DNA of 64,000 nucleotides from Octopus vulgaris (Eukaryota): NCBI GenBank assembly GCA_951406725.2, contig OX597815.1, positions 126,294,001 to 126,358,000 of the forward strand, read 5' to 3'. Shown piece by piece: positions 52,927 to 64,000 of this stretch (position 1 is its first letter; each line of letters starts with the position of its first letter). The notes under the pieces were generated by a model. It saw only the letters and a program-made list of their open reading frames with translations, ran no database searches and was not told where the DNA came from. The position numbers and the translations under genes were made by a program.

Positions 52927-53593
52927 CATTATTTATCAGTTAACCATAAATATTTCCTATTGAATAATTTGTCTAAATTGTTCTGAAATAATCATTCTTT
53001 GAGCATGGAACAAACAAGGACTTAAACATATCAACAACACCTACAGCCAACAGTAATGGGGATTTATGTATTGTATTGGAATTGAACTGTATGGCCTAGA
53101 GTTGGCCTATGTCCTAGTTTGAATCAGGGAACTTAATGGCTTGATTTTGAATAGATAATAATGATGATAGTATCATTACCAACAAATATTATTATCGTTG
53201 TCTTTGTGTCTAATATAAAAAATTGACTGATTAAATAAGAGTACTATATACAAATAAGTACTTATTTATTGATGAAATACATTTATAATATCCATCCATA
53301 AACACATGACAGTGGGAAATGAAATTGGCATGGAAATTAATGTAATTAGGATATCAATCTAATTAGGCAATGCTTTTACCATTTAGGACGAAAAGGTTTC
53401 AAGAACAAAAGACAACTAAAAGAAAATAACGTTCGCAATGCATACTTTTTAATTTTCCGCTCTAAAGAAGAAACTAAATGGGAGAAAGAAGAAAGAAAAA
53501 CGATAAAAAACGGAGTAAAACCCGCGTGTTCCTGTCAATAGCTCACATCATGTGCAGAAGGAAGTGAAGAAATAGGAGGATGAGGAGGATGAG

Positions 53594-53627
<34 letters not shown>

Positions 53628-54792
53628 GTATTGACAGGCAGAAAAGTGAAGTATGGAAATTAGCAAAATGTGACTAAAAGAGACGTAAAAAGTGTAGAGT
53701 AGCGTTGGGGTTGGGGGTTGGGGGTTGGAGTATTGTATGCGTGTGTTTGTGTATGTAAAGGTTTAGAGTTTTAGTGCAGACTAAAAATGTTCGAGAGCTT
53801 GTGCGCGCGTTCATGCCTATGTGTGAATATTTTATGCGTCTCTGTGTATGAGTAGTGTTTATGGATATGTGCTTGGCGATAATTTGAGTATGTGTTTCTT
53901 TTGGAAGGCATGTGTTGCATGTATGTAAGCGTATGTGGTTGCGTGTGTAGGTGGCTAGAATAATGGAAGGTAGTTATTCAGATCGTGTGAATGTGTGTTA
54001 CAAATGCCGATATCTTCTGTTCTCATTGTAGTCGAGACACCAGAGTCGTGGTGTAATATGATAAAGGAGATGAAGAATTATTTAGAAGTATATAAGTTGA
54101 AGTAGCGAACTTCAGATGATCTGATATTCTGGTGGCGGACATCTAATAAAGCAGACGTTTTCTGAATCGATCAACTAGTTGACGACCGGTCTCTCCTCTA
54201 TACAGTAAGTCACGCAGTCAGTCTATCTTGTTCTTTGTGAATAGTTAGATCTGTTCTTAGAGGTGCAGTTGAAATAATCGGCGAAACGACAGGAGAAAGA
54301 AACAAATCCTGTTAGAATGTTTCTTTTTCTCATTGTATCCAAATAAAACTATTGAGTCTCTTCTCGGTAGCAAGTTAAAGGAAAGAGGTGAGTGGCATCA
54401 ATGTCACGAAAATTCTATATATACATGCATATTTAAGATACCAAAGAAAAGCTGACAATAAAAAATTGATAATATATAGAGGGTAAATAAAAGATGGCAT
54501 TAAAATAATTGATAAAGTATTTCATTGAAATGCAATAAAAGGATAGAGATATCCCATCTCATTTACAAAGATATTATTATTATTATTATTATTATTAAGC
54601 AATAATTCATGAATCAATAGTAATTAATTGGCGAAGGATTCGATGGTTATGAGCCATAATAACGGCAACGACAATAGTTTTATATCTTCCGCAAGGACAA
54701 CTGTACATACATATATACATACATACTGTATGCTGCTTCGGCCAGGGTCAAGATACAGGACTCTTGACCTGTCCAACAAAGCGTGATGCCTA

Positions 54793-54940
54793 AACCAATC
54801 AGCTCAACCAACCAATCAGCTTAAGTAATTGAGTGATACTACACACTGATTGGTCAGAATACAGTTTGCAAAACCTAGCACTCTGGAGCCTACCCAGCTG
54901 TATTTATAGCACAGAATCACTCATCTTGCTACAGTCAAAA
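54793..54940 (+). promoter_or_regulatory. Candidate CCAAT/TATA promoter
   Basis: AACCAATCAGCT twice (CCAAT at 54795 and 54812), an inverted CTGATTGGT (54849), TATTTATA at 54901, and an initiator-like CAGTC about 30 bp downstream. Confidence 0.45.
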
Positions 54941-55148
54941 ATTGTGAAGCATGACTGTCAACACTACTACATGAACCCGAAGATTGCAGAATTCAATGCA
55001 TGAAAGTACTAGTTCAATCAGAATGAATATTTAACATTCTACTATTTCATTTTATTTTATTCAATTATAATATATTATCTTATAATATATCATTATAAGA
55101 TTGTAAATAAAACGTGAAAATCAGACAAGGTTGGAATTCTTTTTATTA

Positions 55149-55215
<67 letters not shown>

Positions 55216-55218
55216 CAT

Positions 55219-55251
<33 letters not shown>

Positions 55252-55260
55252 CATATACAT

Positions 55261-55317
<57 letters not shown>

Positions 55318-55435
55318 TATATTCGCAGTTTACCCACTTACATTACCTATATCACACACACACATGCACACTTTTTCTTTCTGTCTTTCTTTCTATCTCT
55401 TTCTATCTCTCTCTCTCACTGTCTCTCTTTCTATT

Positions 55436-55490
<55 letters not shown>

Positions 55491-55672
55491 TTCATATCTG
55501 CGTAAATATATATCACACAATTAGATTTCTTCCGTTTGTCTAACTGCTCATAAATGTAATAATCTCACTACGACAATACTTGCAGGAAACGCTTAGGCAT
55601 AGATTTCTAAATAGCTCCTTTACAAATATGTGTTGTTTGGAGATGTCATTACGATTTTATAGAAAGCACACA

Positions 55673-55703
<31 letters not shown>

Positions 55704-56167
55704 GCGCACACACACGCACACACATTCAAGCTGGGGAATTTATCTTTATGGTTTTATGCACAAAATTATTATCTCAATGCTGTATCTGTTGATTACTGAA
55801 ATGACTATGAAATACAGCTGACCTCAAATGTGTTTACGTCCCTACTTTCTGATCGCCAAGAAATACTTATGGTCACTCACAAACCTGCGTATTGATACAA
55901 AGTGAGAATCTAATAGGGAAATATATACAGGGATACAGAGAGAAATAGACAGAAAGAGGCGAGACTAGAGAGAGAGAAATAAATAGAAGATAGAGTGATA
56001 AACATACAAATACCGACAGACAGACATAGACGTGTGGATAACTGTATGTATAAGTATATATATATAAATGCGTGAACTCATGTACAGTCGTCCTTGCAGG
56101 GGATATAAACCTATTGTTATAATGGTTCATGTCCATTGAGTCCTTTGTCAGTTAATAATTATTGATT

Positions 56168-56199
<32 letters not shown>

Positions 56200-56655
56200 T
56201 GTATGTATGTATGTATGTATGTATGTATGTATGTATGTATATAAGGGAGTTAGAGAGAAGAGAAAAGCAAAGGAATCAACAAGACAGGATAGACAGATTC
56301 ATAATCAAAATTATTCATGTGACACTTGGAGAAATGGGAAGATTTAATTATTAAATTTCGGACATTTTCCGAATACAGATGAAAAGCGAAAAGAGAAGAA
56401 TGGTAGACAAGGAAGAGATAAAAAATAAAAAGGAAATAACCGGGCAAAATAGCCCATACATATAATTTCGCATAGTAGCCATTGACTGAACGATCGAACA
56501 ATCAAGTTTGGTATTGAAATACATGCGCGCGCGCACACACACAAAAACAGGCTCATCCATACCCCCCACACACACACACACACACAGACACACATGCACG
56601 GAAGTTTCATTGCTAAAGTGATACAAAAGTGGACATAACTTTATTATCAACTCAC

Positions 56656-57672
56656 ACAGGTTGTTCGAAGATCACAAAATGATAGAGTAATTCATCCTCA
56701 ATGCAAATGTATTACGCAACATAGTTTCCATCAGAAGCGCTCCTTTTGTCCTGTCGTTGATCCCAACTCTCGAATTCTCTCGGAAAAAAAAATTCAAGTA
56801 TGCACTGTCGCACGCACCTCGTCACTGCTATGAAACCGTTGAAAACGAGGACTGTCTTTCATTAGATCGAACAGGTGGAAGTCAGAGGGTGTTATATCTA
56901 GGTTGTACGTGGGAGTGGAGTACCAGTAACCAGTCCATGGTTTCAGATTATTGTTCAGAGTCTTCTTCCTAATGATTTTTCAAAGCATTGAGTGTCTCAG
57001 TGGGCTATAATGGAGTGTATACACCCTTGTCATCCAACATATTCGCTATGAAGCTTTTATGTCTTGGAGAAGATGCATGACGCTGTTCTATGGACTGAAT
57101 TTTCCTTTCTGGGTCATAAAGATATACCCACGTTTCATTCCTTCATTAACTTCAAACGCTTCTAATACATCAAATCAGACATCTAACCTTTTCCTCTTGA
57201 AATCGTGTGTCAACAACCGAGGTACTGTCTTTGCACTCACTTTCTGATAACCAAAATCTTTCACCATTTTCTGGAATGCATTGTAACCACAGTCTATTTG
57301 TGCAGTAAGTTCATGGATCGTGGCTCGTTTGTCTATAGGAGTCAATTCGTCCATTTGTTGCGGGTTCATCTCAGTGATCGCAGTTTATGTTCCCTCACTG
57401 AGTGATTTCTCTTCAGTCCTGGTTTAAATTACTTTTCCCATTTGTACTCGATTCTTTTGTTATTGGTGTCATTTCATAGAACAACTCGTTGCCTTCTGTG
57501 GATATCGGGAACCTAGCGTCCATCCTTTGTCACGAAGTTAATGATAGCATGTTGCATCTACTTGGAACCCATTATTTACTTGTAATTTAAAACAGGAAGA
57601 ATTCTTATAGAGAGGATGATACTTTATCAACATGAGCAATTTGAACGACTTTTGTCAGAGAACAGCCCTTGT
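56656..57672 (-). mobile_element. Decayed mariner element
   Basis: Minus-strand FGYQKVSAKTVPRLLT (WVPR motif) and YNLDITPSDFHLF (YSPDLAPSD motif). The end reads TACAAGGGCTGTTC. Confidence 0.8.
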
Positions 57673-57940
57673 ATATGTATTAGACACACACATACAGAGA
57701 AACATACTATTGCTACTACTACTACTAATGCCTTCACACACAAGGGAATATGACTTGTATGTGTATTATGTGAATATACGTGTGTGTGTGCGTGTATATA
57801 CGAATATGTACATATATATTAATACATACATATTACAACAAAAGGGTCCTTCCAGAGAGAGAAATATAATTTGGTATAATGATTGAAATATGTACATGTT
57901 CCATTTAATAAACATTTAAACATTACAGTTGCAAGAGTTT

Positions 57941-58060
57941 CTCTCTCTCTCTCTCTCTCCCTTTCTCACTCTCTCCTCTCCCTTTCTCTCTTTCTCTCTC
58001 GCTCCCCCTCTCTCCCCTTCTCTCTTGCTTTCTCTCTCACTCTGCCTCTCTCTCTCTCTG
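57941..58060 (+). repeat. Degenerate (TC)n tract, left copy of a ~120-bp flanking duplication
   Basis: It has the same interruptions (CCCTTTCTCACTC, CTCGCTCCCCC, CTCTTGCTTTC, CTCTGCCTC) as 63479-63596. Confidence 0.9.
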
Positions 58061-58210
58061 ATCGGTCGTGTTATTCTTTGCTCCGCAGTGAAAGATTGTT
58101 TTTGTGCTGAAAAGTTTGAAAATTTGCTATTTTGGTCGTCGAGGCCACTTCTTTTCTGCTGTTGCAGCAGAGCTCTGCCGTTCTTTCCCCCTTGTTTTAA
58201 GGGGGAAGCG

Positions 58211-59452
58211 ATGAAAAACATGAATTTGCCACCAATCTCCTCCGAGTCGGAGGAAAACGTTGAAAATTTGTTTGAAGGCATGAAGGCGAAAATGTGGGAG
58301 GAGGAAGGTAAAAGTAAAGAGACGTCTCACGCGCTCGTTACAAAAGCAGACGGCAATATGTCTGGCGAAGCTACTACACAACAGGAAAAATCAAAAATAA
58401 ATTTTGCGAGTGCAGCAACTCGCCCCTGTGAAAACATCGTTATTAACAAAGAAGGATTAAAGAAGTACCAAAGTTTATTAAAAAAAGAAGGTGATAATGT
58501 GAAGTTGTTCCCTCCCAGTGAATTAATTTACGCGACGGAGAGAAAACTGTCATATACAAGACATATAATGTGAAAAATAAGAAAATTGACTTCGTGCAGA
58601 GAGAAGCCATAGAAAAATGTTTGAGGCCGATATGGCAACAAACTACTTATATAACAAGGGGTAGTCGCTTCGGCACGGTAGAAGTGCGTTTCCCTAGCGA
58701 AGAAAAAGCTAGGAAACATTAAACAAGAACGTTGAAGTCGGAAGACGTAGTTCTTCTACCTTTTTATTTAGGGATGAGAACTTCCAGAATAACGGTCACA
58801 GACATTCCTCCCGAAATAAATGTGGACTTTATAATAGCAGCGATTCTCTTAGGCAAAGAGGAAGAAATTGCCATTCTTCAGTCTAAGAGATATCGCCCCA
58901 TGATTTGGTATGGACAAGACTTAGAGCTTGTGATCCAAGCAAACCCCTCGGACTTGGAAAAATTGCCAAGCTCCCTCACCATTGGAGATAATACCAGCTT
59001 GATGGTAATAGTCGAGGGAAGAAAACCTAGGTGTTATAAATGTGGCGAGAAAGGCCACATAAGGTCGAGCTGCAAGAAGACAGCCAAAGAAAATACTGCA
59101 GAGGCAAGCACGACGCCGAAAACAACTACACCGCTAGAAATAGCAGCCACGTCGCGCACCCCAATTGCCGAAGTTCAGCCGACAACGGGAGAAAACAACG
59201 ACAACAACAACAACAACATCCAGGAGTGGGTCACCATAGAACCTTCAAAAAGAAGACGGAAACGGAAAAATCCACCCTCTTCGGATACACAGGACTATAC
59301 TCCGAGACAGACAAGCACACCCACACCCACAAATACAGTCGCAAACACACACGTAGCCAAAAAAACACACACACTGGAAAAAGCACACACAAACACACAC
59401 ACACACCTACCACAAGCACACGCACACCTACAAACACCCACGATTCTACAAG

Positions 59453-59484
<32 letters not shown>

Positions 59485-59754
59485 CACCCCTCCACAATCA
59501 CCTCACAAAAAAAAAGAAAAACCCTCACGGCGATAAATAAAAACAATAACCCATTAAGAGAAAAAATTATTTTAATGAAATCGGAGAAAAAATATATCGT
59601 AACAGATATAAATAGTACTATTTCCGAAAATGTCGAATTTTATACAATAGATAACGCTGATTATTTTGAAATTAAAAAAAATTTTGCGGAGGACGTCGGC
59701 CCGTTACAGATGAAATTTTCAAGCCATCTGTACAGGCAATTCGCAAAAAACTGA
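58211..59754 (+). pseudogene. ORF1 (gag-like nucleic-acid-binding protein), disrupted
   Basis: ATG at 58211, frameshift near 58545 and stop at 58720. Zinc knuckle CYKCGEKGHIRSSC and a Thr/His-rich low-complexity tail. Confidence 0.85.
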
Positions 59755-59847
59755 CCTCGCAAAACAAAACGCTCACAGACAGAAAAGAGGAGAGTGAAAC
59801 TACACCCTCTCTTCCGTTAAAACAGTAAGTTTTAAACTTTCGACTAA

Positions 59848-62800
59848 TTTTTCACATTCTCGTTTAAACTCGGTTGTATAAATATTCGCGGCCTGGGGTC
59901 GTATTGGAAGCAAGGCTACCTCCTTAACGACCTTAGGTCGCATCGTTTGGATGTAGTGGTAATTACCGAATCCAGACTGAGTGGGCTGCAGGCCTTTACG
60001 CCCCTTCTAAACGGCTACGAGAAATACGTTTCTCCCTGTCGACCTGGAGGGGGCGGAGGAGTGGCAGTGCTAGTCAGGAAAAACCTGGATTTAGAGATTA
60101 GAACTGTCTTTATAGATCCGGAAGGCAGGTTGATCGTTTGGGATGTGACGCACAGCAGTGGTAAAGTGTTCAGGCTGGTCGCTGTCTATGCTCCCTGCGA
60201 AGGAAAAGCCGGACAGAAAGAGTATTTCAAAAGCCTAGAGAATTTTCTTGGCACGTCGAACACGTTAGTATTGCTAGGTGACTTCAACATAATTTGCGAT
60301 GCAAGCGTAGATTATGTTGGCTCGAGAAAGAATAGGAGGGGATTACCTCACCTCAATGATATGCTAAGTCGTTTCGAATTAACAGATAGATTCAGAGTGG
60401 TCCACCCAGACACTCCAGCGTGGACCTGGGCAAGAAACGACGGGTCGTCCAGATCTTACATTGATAGAATCATAACTAGAAGGAAAGACAAGAAAATACT
60501 TAGCTGTCCACAACACCATATCGTCAGCTACATTGATCACAAATTAGTGACCAGTACGCTCGACATAGATAGCATGTGTAGACAAGGTACCGGTTACTGG
60601 AACTAAACAAGTCACTATTGGACTGTGAAGCCTACAGGAATCGGATTAAACAATTAGTAATGAGGACGTTAACCGGATCCATTATCAACAACAAATGGTG
60701 GTACGCCCTGAAAAGAGCCATCAAATTTGAGTCAATTAGGTTTAGCAAAGAACTAGCTAGTGCTAGAAACAAAGTAGAAAAGGAACTAGTTAAGGCAATA
60801 GAGGAGGCAATGAGGTCAGGCAGTGCATCGAAAGTGTTAGCGGCGAGGTTAGCACTCGACCAACATCTCAAAGCTAAACATGAAGGGTGCATTGTCAGGG
60901 CTAAGATCCGTGCAATGAGACAGGAAGGGATCAACGCAGCCGGATGGGCCCGGGTGGTAGAGGGCCAGCGTAGCAACAACTCAACCATTCGATCCTTGAC
61001 GGGCCCAAATGGTCGATTAGTAAACGAACCCGAGGAGATGTGCAAGGTGTTTCATTATCATTTCGCCCAGCTATTCGGGAGGAGCGGCGAGCTGGAGCGC
61101 GGGGAGAAGCTCGCAGACTTCCTGGCCGGTTCGCCGCGTCTATCGGGGCCGGACGCGGAATCTTGTGAGGCGCCGATCACAGCCAAAGAAGTCGAGGATA
61201 TGTTGGCAGACTGCGGCGGGGACAAATCGCCGGGACTTGATGGTCTGCCTTACGAACTCTATAGTAGCATGCCAGACTTGTTTGGGGCACCTACTTTCAT
61301 GCGTGTACACCAACTGGCAGCAGAACGGGAAAATTCCTAAGTCTGTGAGCCGAGGGGTGGTAGCGCTGTTAAGAAAGGACCCAAACAAGGGGGATTTAAT
61401 TGATAATTTTCGGCCCATCACTCTGCTTAACGCAGAGTTGAATATTTTGGCCAAGGTCTTAGCAAAAAGGTTAGCGCGGGTCGTGGGTGAACTTGTTGGC
61501 GAGGCGCAAACTTGCGCCATCCCTGGAAGGACCATCCACGACAATCTCCACTTTCTACGCTATGCCTTAGAAAGGGTAAATAGGATTCCTGGCAAGGGTG
61601 GGGCTATGGTCCACTTGGACCAATCGAATGCGTTAGATAGGGTGGACCATCAGTATCTGGCGGCGGTCCTCGCGGCGGCTGGCTTCGGCCCGCCCTTCCG
61701 CGGATGGATCATCGCTTTATACAGCAACATCGAATCGGTAGTTCGGATAAATGGTTTCCTTTCGGAGCCGTTCAGCATTGAACGTTCGGTACGTCAAGGG
61801 TGTCCTCTCTCCCTGCTACTCTACGTTTTGGCCCTCGATCCGTTGCTGAGGAGGTTGAAAACTATGAGAGGCACTCCGCAAGATCTAGGGTGCGGAAAGT
61901 CAGCTTCGGCGTATGCGGACGACATCACCGTCATCGTTTCCCGAGTCGAGCACCTAAGTGGGTGGGTGAGGCCTTAAGGGACTACGAAGCGGTGGCAGGA
62001 GCGAAAGTCAACCGGGATAAATCGGTCGCCTTGCAACTCGGCACCTGGAGGGGCAAGTCGATGTCTTCCGACAGCGTCGTAGGACGTTGGACGGAAGGAC
62101 CGGTGAAAATGCTTAGAATCTGGTTAGGTTCAGATCTCCAGATAGAGAAGAACTGGAGCGAGGTGGCGAGAAAGGTGGCTCTCCTAACTCAGACATGGTC
62201 TGAGCGGAAGCTGTCCTTGAAAGGGAGGGCGGAGGTTGCAGAGGTGTTTATCGCCTCTGTAATCACTTACCGCCTGACCGTCGTGCCTTGCCCCGATTCG
62301 TGGCTGAACAAACTGGAACGCATGCTCTTTCGCTTTTTGTGGAGGGGCAGCAGACCTCTTGTAAGGCGCTCTATTTGCTGCCAAAAGCCACTGAAGGGTG
62401 AGTTAGGGATGCCGTGGCTAAAAATGCGCAGACATGCGTTCAGGCTTAGGCACCTCTAGATTTACCTGGACGGTGAGCAGGTGTGGTCTCCGTTCGTCAA
62501 GCTGTTATTTCCACAGTTCATATCGTTTAACGAACTGAACCCATGGATCAAGTGTAGACCGAGGCTAGGCATGTGGCATGCAGAGTGCTATCAGGCACTC
62601 GTGCTTCTCTCCCAGTCGGGCAACGCCGGTGGCGGGGCTACTACCTCGTTCTTCTATAGAGGGTTAGTAGAGTTTAAGTGTGACGACGTCCTAGGAGAAA
62701 CTCTGGGCTTCGACGAAAATCAACTGGCCAGCCTGTTCCAAAGAACATTCAGTCCGGGGCCTATGGATAATTACCAAAAGTCCCTGGCCTGGCAATGTTA

Positions 62801-63248
62801 CAGAGGAGCTTTACCGGTTCGAGATAAACTCTTTAGACATGGGTGTGCACTTTCGCCGGTTTGTGCAAGATGTGAGAGGGACAGTGAAACTGTCCTGCAC
62901 GCGATTGTGCAATGCCCCAAGGTGACTGAACTCTGGGCTTATGTAGAACACCTGCTGTCGCATTCGAGAAGAGTACAACTGTCGAGCGAATCTGTAATTA
63001 AGATAGTTCCGCCGACCTCCCTGAATAGTTTTCTGTCGATAGTTGCTATGGCGAAAGAAGTAGTGTGGAAGACGAGAGTAAAAGGAATTGCAACAGGCAT
63101 GTTTATCTCCAGTCTCGAGCTAATCGACTTTTTCGTTTTCCACATGAAACGGAAAATAAGGCTGGAGAAGAAATGCCTGTCGCAAAGTGTGTTTCGTAAA
63201 AGATGGAAGTCTATAGCAAGTATGTTGCGAGTGAAAGAACCTGTTTAA
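59848..63248 (+). pseudogene. ORF2 (AP endonuclease + reverse transcriptase + zinc finger), disrupted
   Basis: INIRG, VYAP, LGDFN, SYIDR, KSPGLDGLP, FRPITLLN, RQGCPLS, YADD (61912-61923) and CARCERDSETVLHAIVQC. Frameshifts at about 60603, 61290 and 61955, and a stop at 62457. Confidence 0.92.
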
Positions 63249-63478
63249 GTGGGAATGTTGAAAAGGAGAAATCAAAGTCTTCAGTGTGAATATGTGGTTT
63301 GTGGGGTCAACCACGCCCTCCGCTTCATTTTTTGTTAATCACTCATTCTCATTTAATTGTATATATTTTAATTGTTTGTTTATTCATATGTTTTGTCTCA
63401 TTCGATACCCTGACCCCAACGTTTGTTTTGTCCCCTCTTTTTCTCAACCTTATGGTGAATAAAGAAATACTCTCTCCC

Positions 63479-63596
63479 TCTCTCTCTCTCTCTCTCCCTT
63501 TCTCACTCTCTCCTCTCCTTTTCTCTCTTTCTCTCTCGCTCCCCCCTCTCCCCTTCTCTCTTGCTTTCTCTCTCACTCTCTGCCTCTCTCTCTCTG
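63479..63596 (+). repeat. Degenerate (TC)n tract, right copy of the flanking duplication
   Basis: Matches 57941-58060 apart from a few substitutions and dinucleotide slips. Confidence 0.9.
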
Positions 63597-64000
63597 CCTC
63601 TCTCTCTCTAAATGATAAGCACTGAACGCCATAGCTTTCACCATAGGTTCATCAGAAACAATTGAAAAGTACGCTTCAATTACATGAGGTAAGGCTTGTG
63701 GCGCAGGCTTTTTTTTTTTTTGACTACCGGGCAGAATATTTCAGGTTCGAATTCTGGTGACCTCCTCGCATTATATTTAGGGCAGGAGGGGCTAATAAAT
63801 GGAATCCATCACCCGATTTAATACCTTTATCTGACAATTTGTGTCCCTTTGGCGGAATCCACTTTGTTGCAAACCATCGTGTCAGATCCCTAGGTTAAGA
63901 ACGATTTCCTCCCTTTGTTCTACCGGTCTCAGGGTCCCAGAAAGCGTCATTAATAATGACTTCCCTCCTGACTAACAGATAAAAAAAATGCAGTAATGCC

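Larger units (their letters stand above)
58061..63470 (+). mobile_element. Near full-length L1-superfamily Tx1-clade non-LTR retrotransposon inserted in (TC)n
   Basis: 5'UTR, ORF1 with a CCHC knuckle, ORF2 with APE, RT and a C-terminal zinc finger, and a short 3'UTR with AATAAA at 63458. It ends directly in TC repeats. Confidence 0.92.

Noticed and set aside
57929-58210. N-terminal extension of the 214-aa ORF
   Set aside because: It reads through the TC tract and the retrotransposon 5'UTR. ORF1 more plausibly starts at 58211.
63615-63660. Minus-strand CTGATGA-ACC(TAT)GGT-GAAA hammerhead-like core
   Set aside because: I could not find a convincing stem I or stem III.

Overview
AT-rich, microsatellite-dense eukaryotic DNA. 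The SINE families and the (TA)n/(ATT)n load look like an octopod cephalopod genome (inference). Most entries in the ORF track are microsatellite read-through. The one host gene I can support is absent from the track as a unit: a small secreted cysteine-knot precursor of the agatoxin-like peptide (ALP)/CCWamide type. Three phase-compatible coding exons (14832-14901, 45916-45967, 48191-48347) splice to a 92-aa prepropeptide spanning about 33.5 kb. The rest is mobile DNA: a near full-length Tx1-clade L1 retrotransposon in a (TC)n tract with a ~120-bp flanking duplication; the 5' end of a second, divergent Tx1-like element joined to a tRNA-derived SINE head at the left edge; a Buster-type hAT transposon and a hAT MITE; mariner/Tc1 and R4/Dong-like remnants; many SINEs; and fold-back elements. 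There are also several type-I hammerhead-ribozyme-like folds. One has an intact core, and two have long stem II extensions and sit inside TG...CA LTR-like units.
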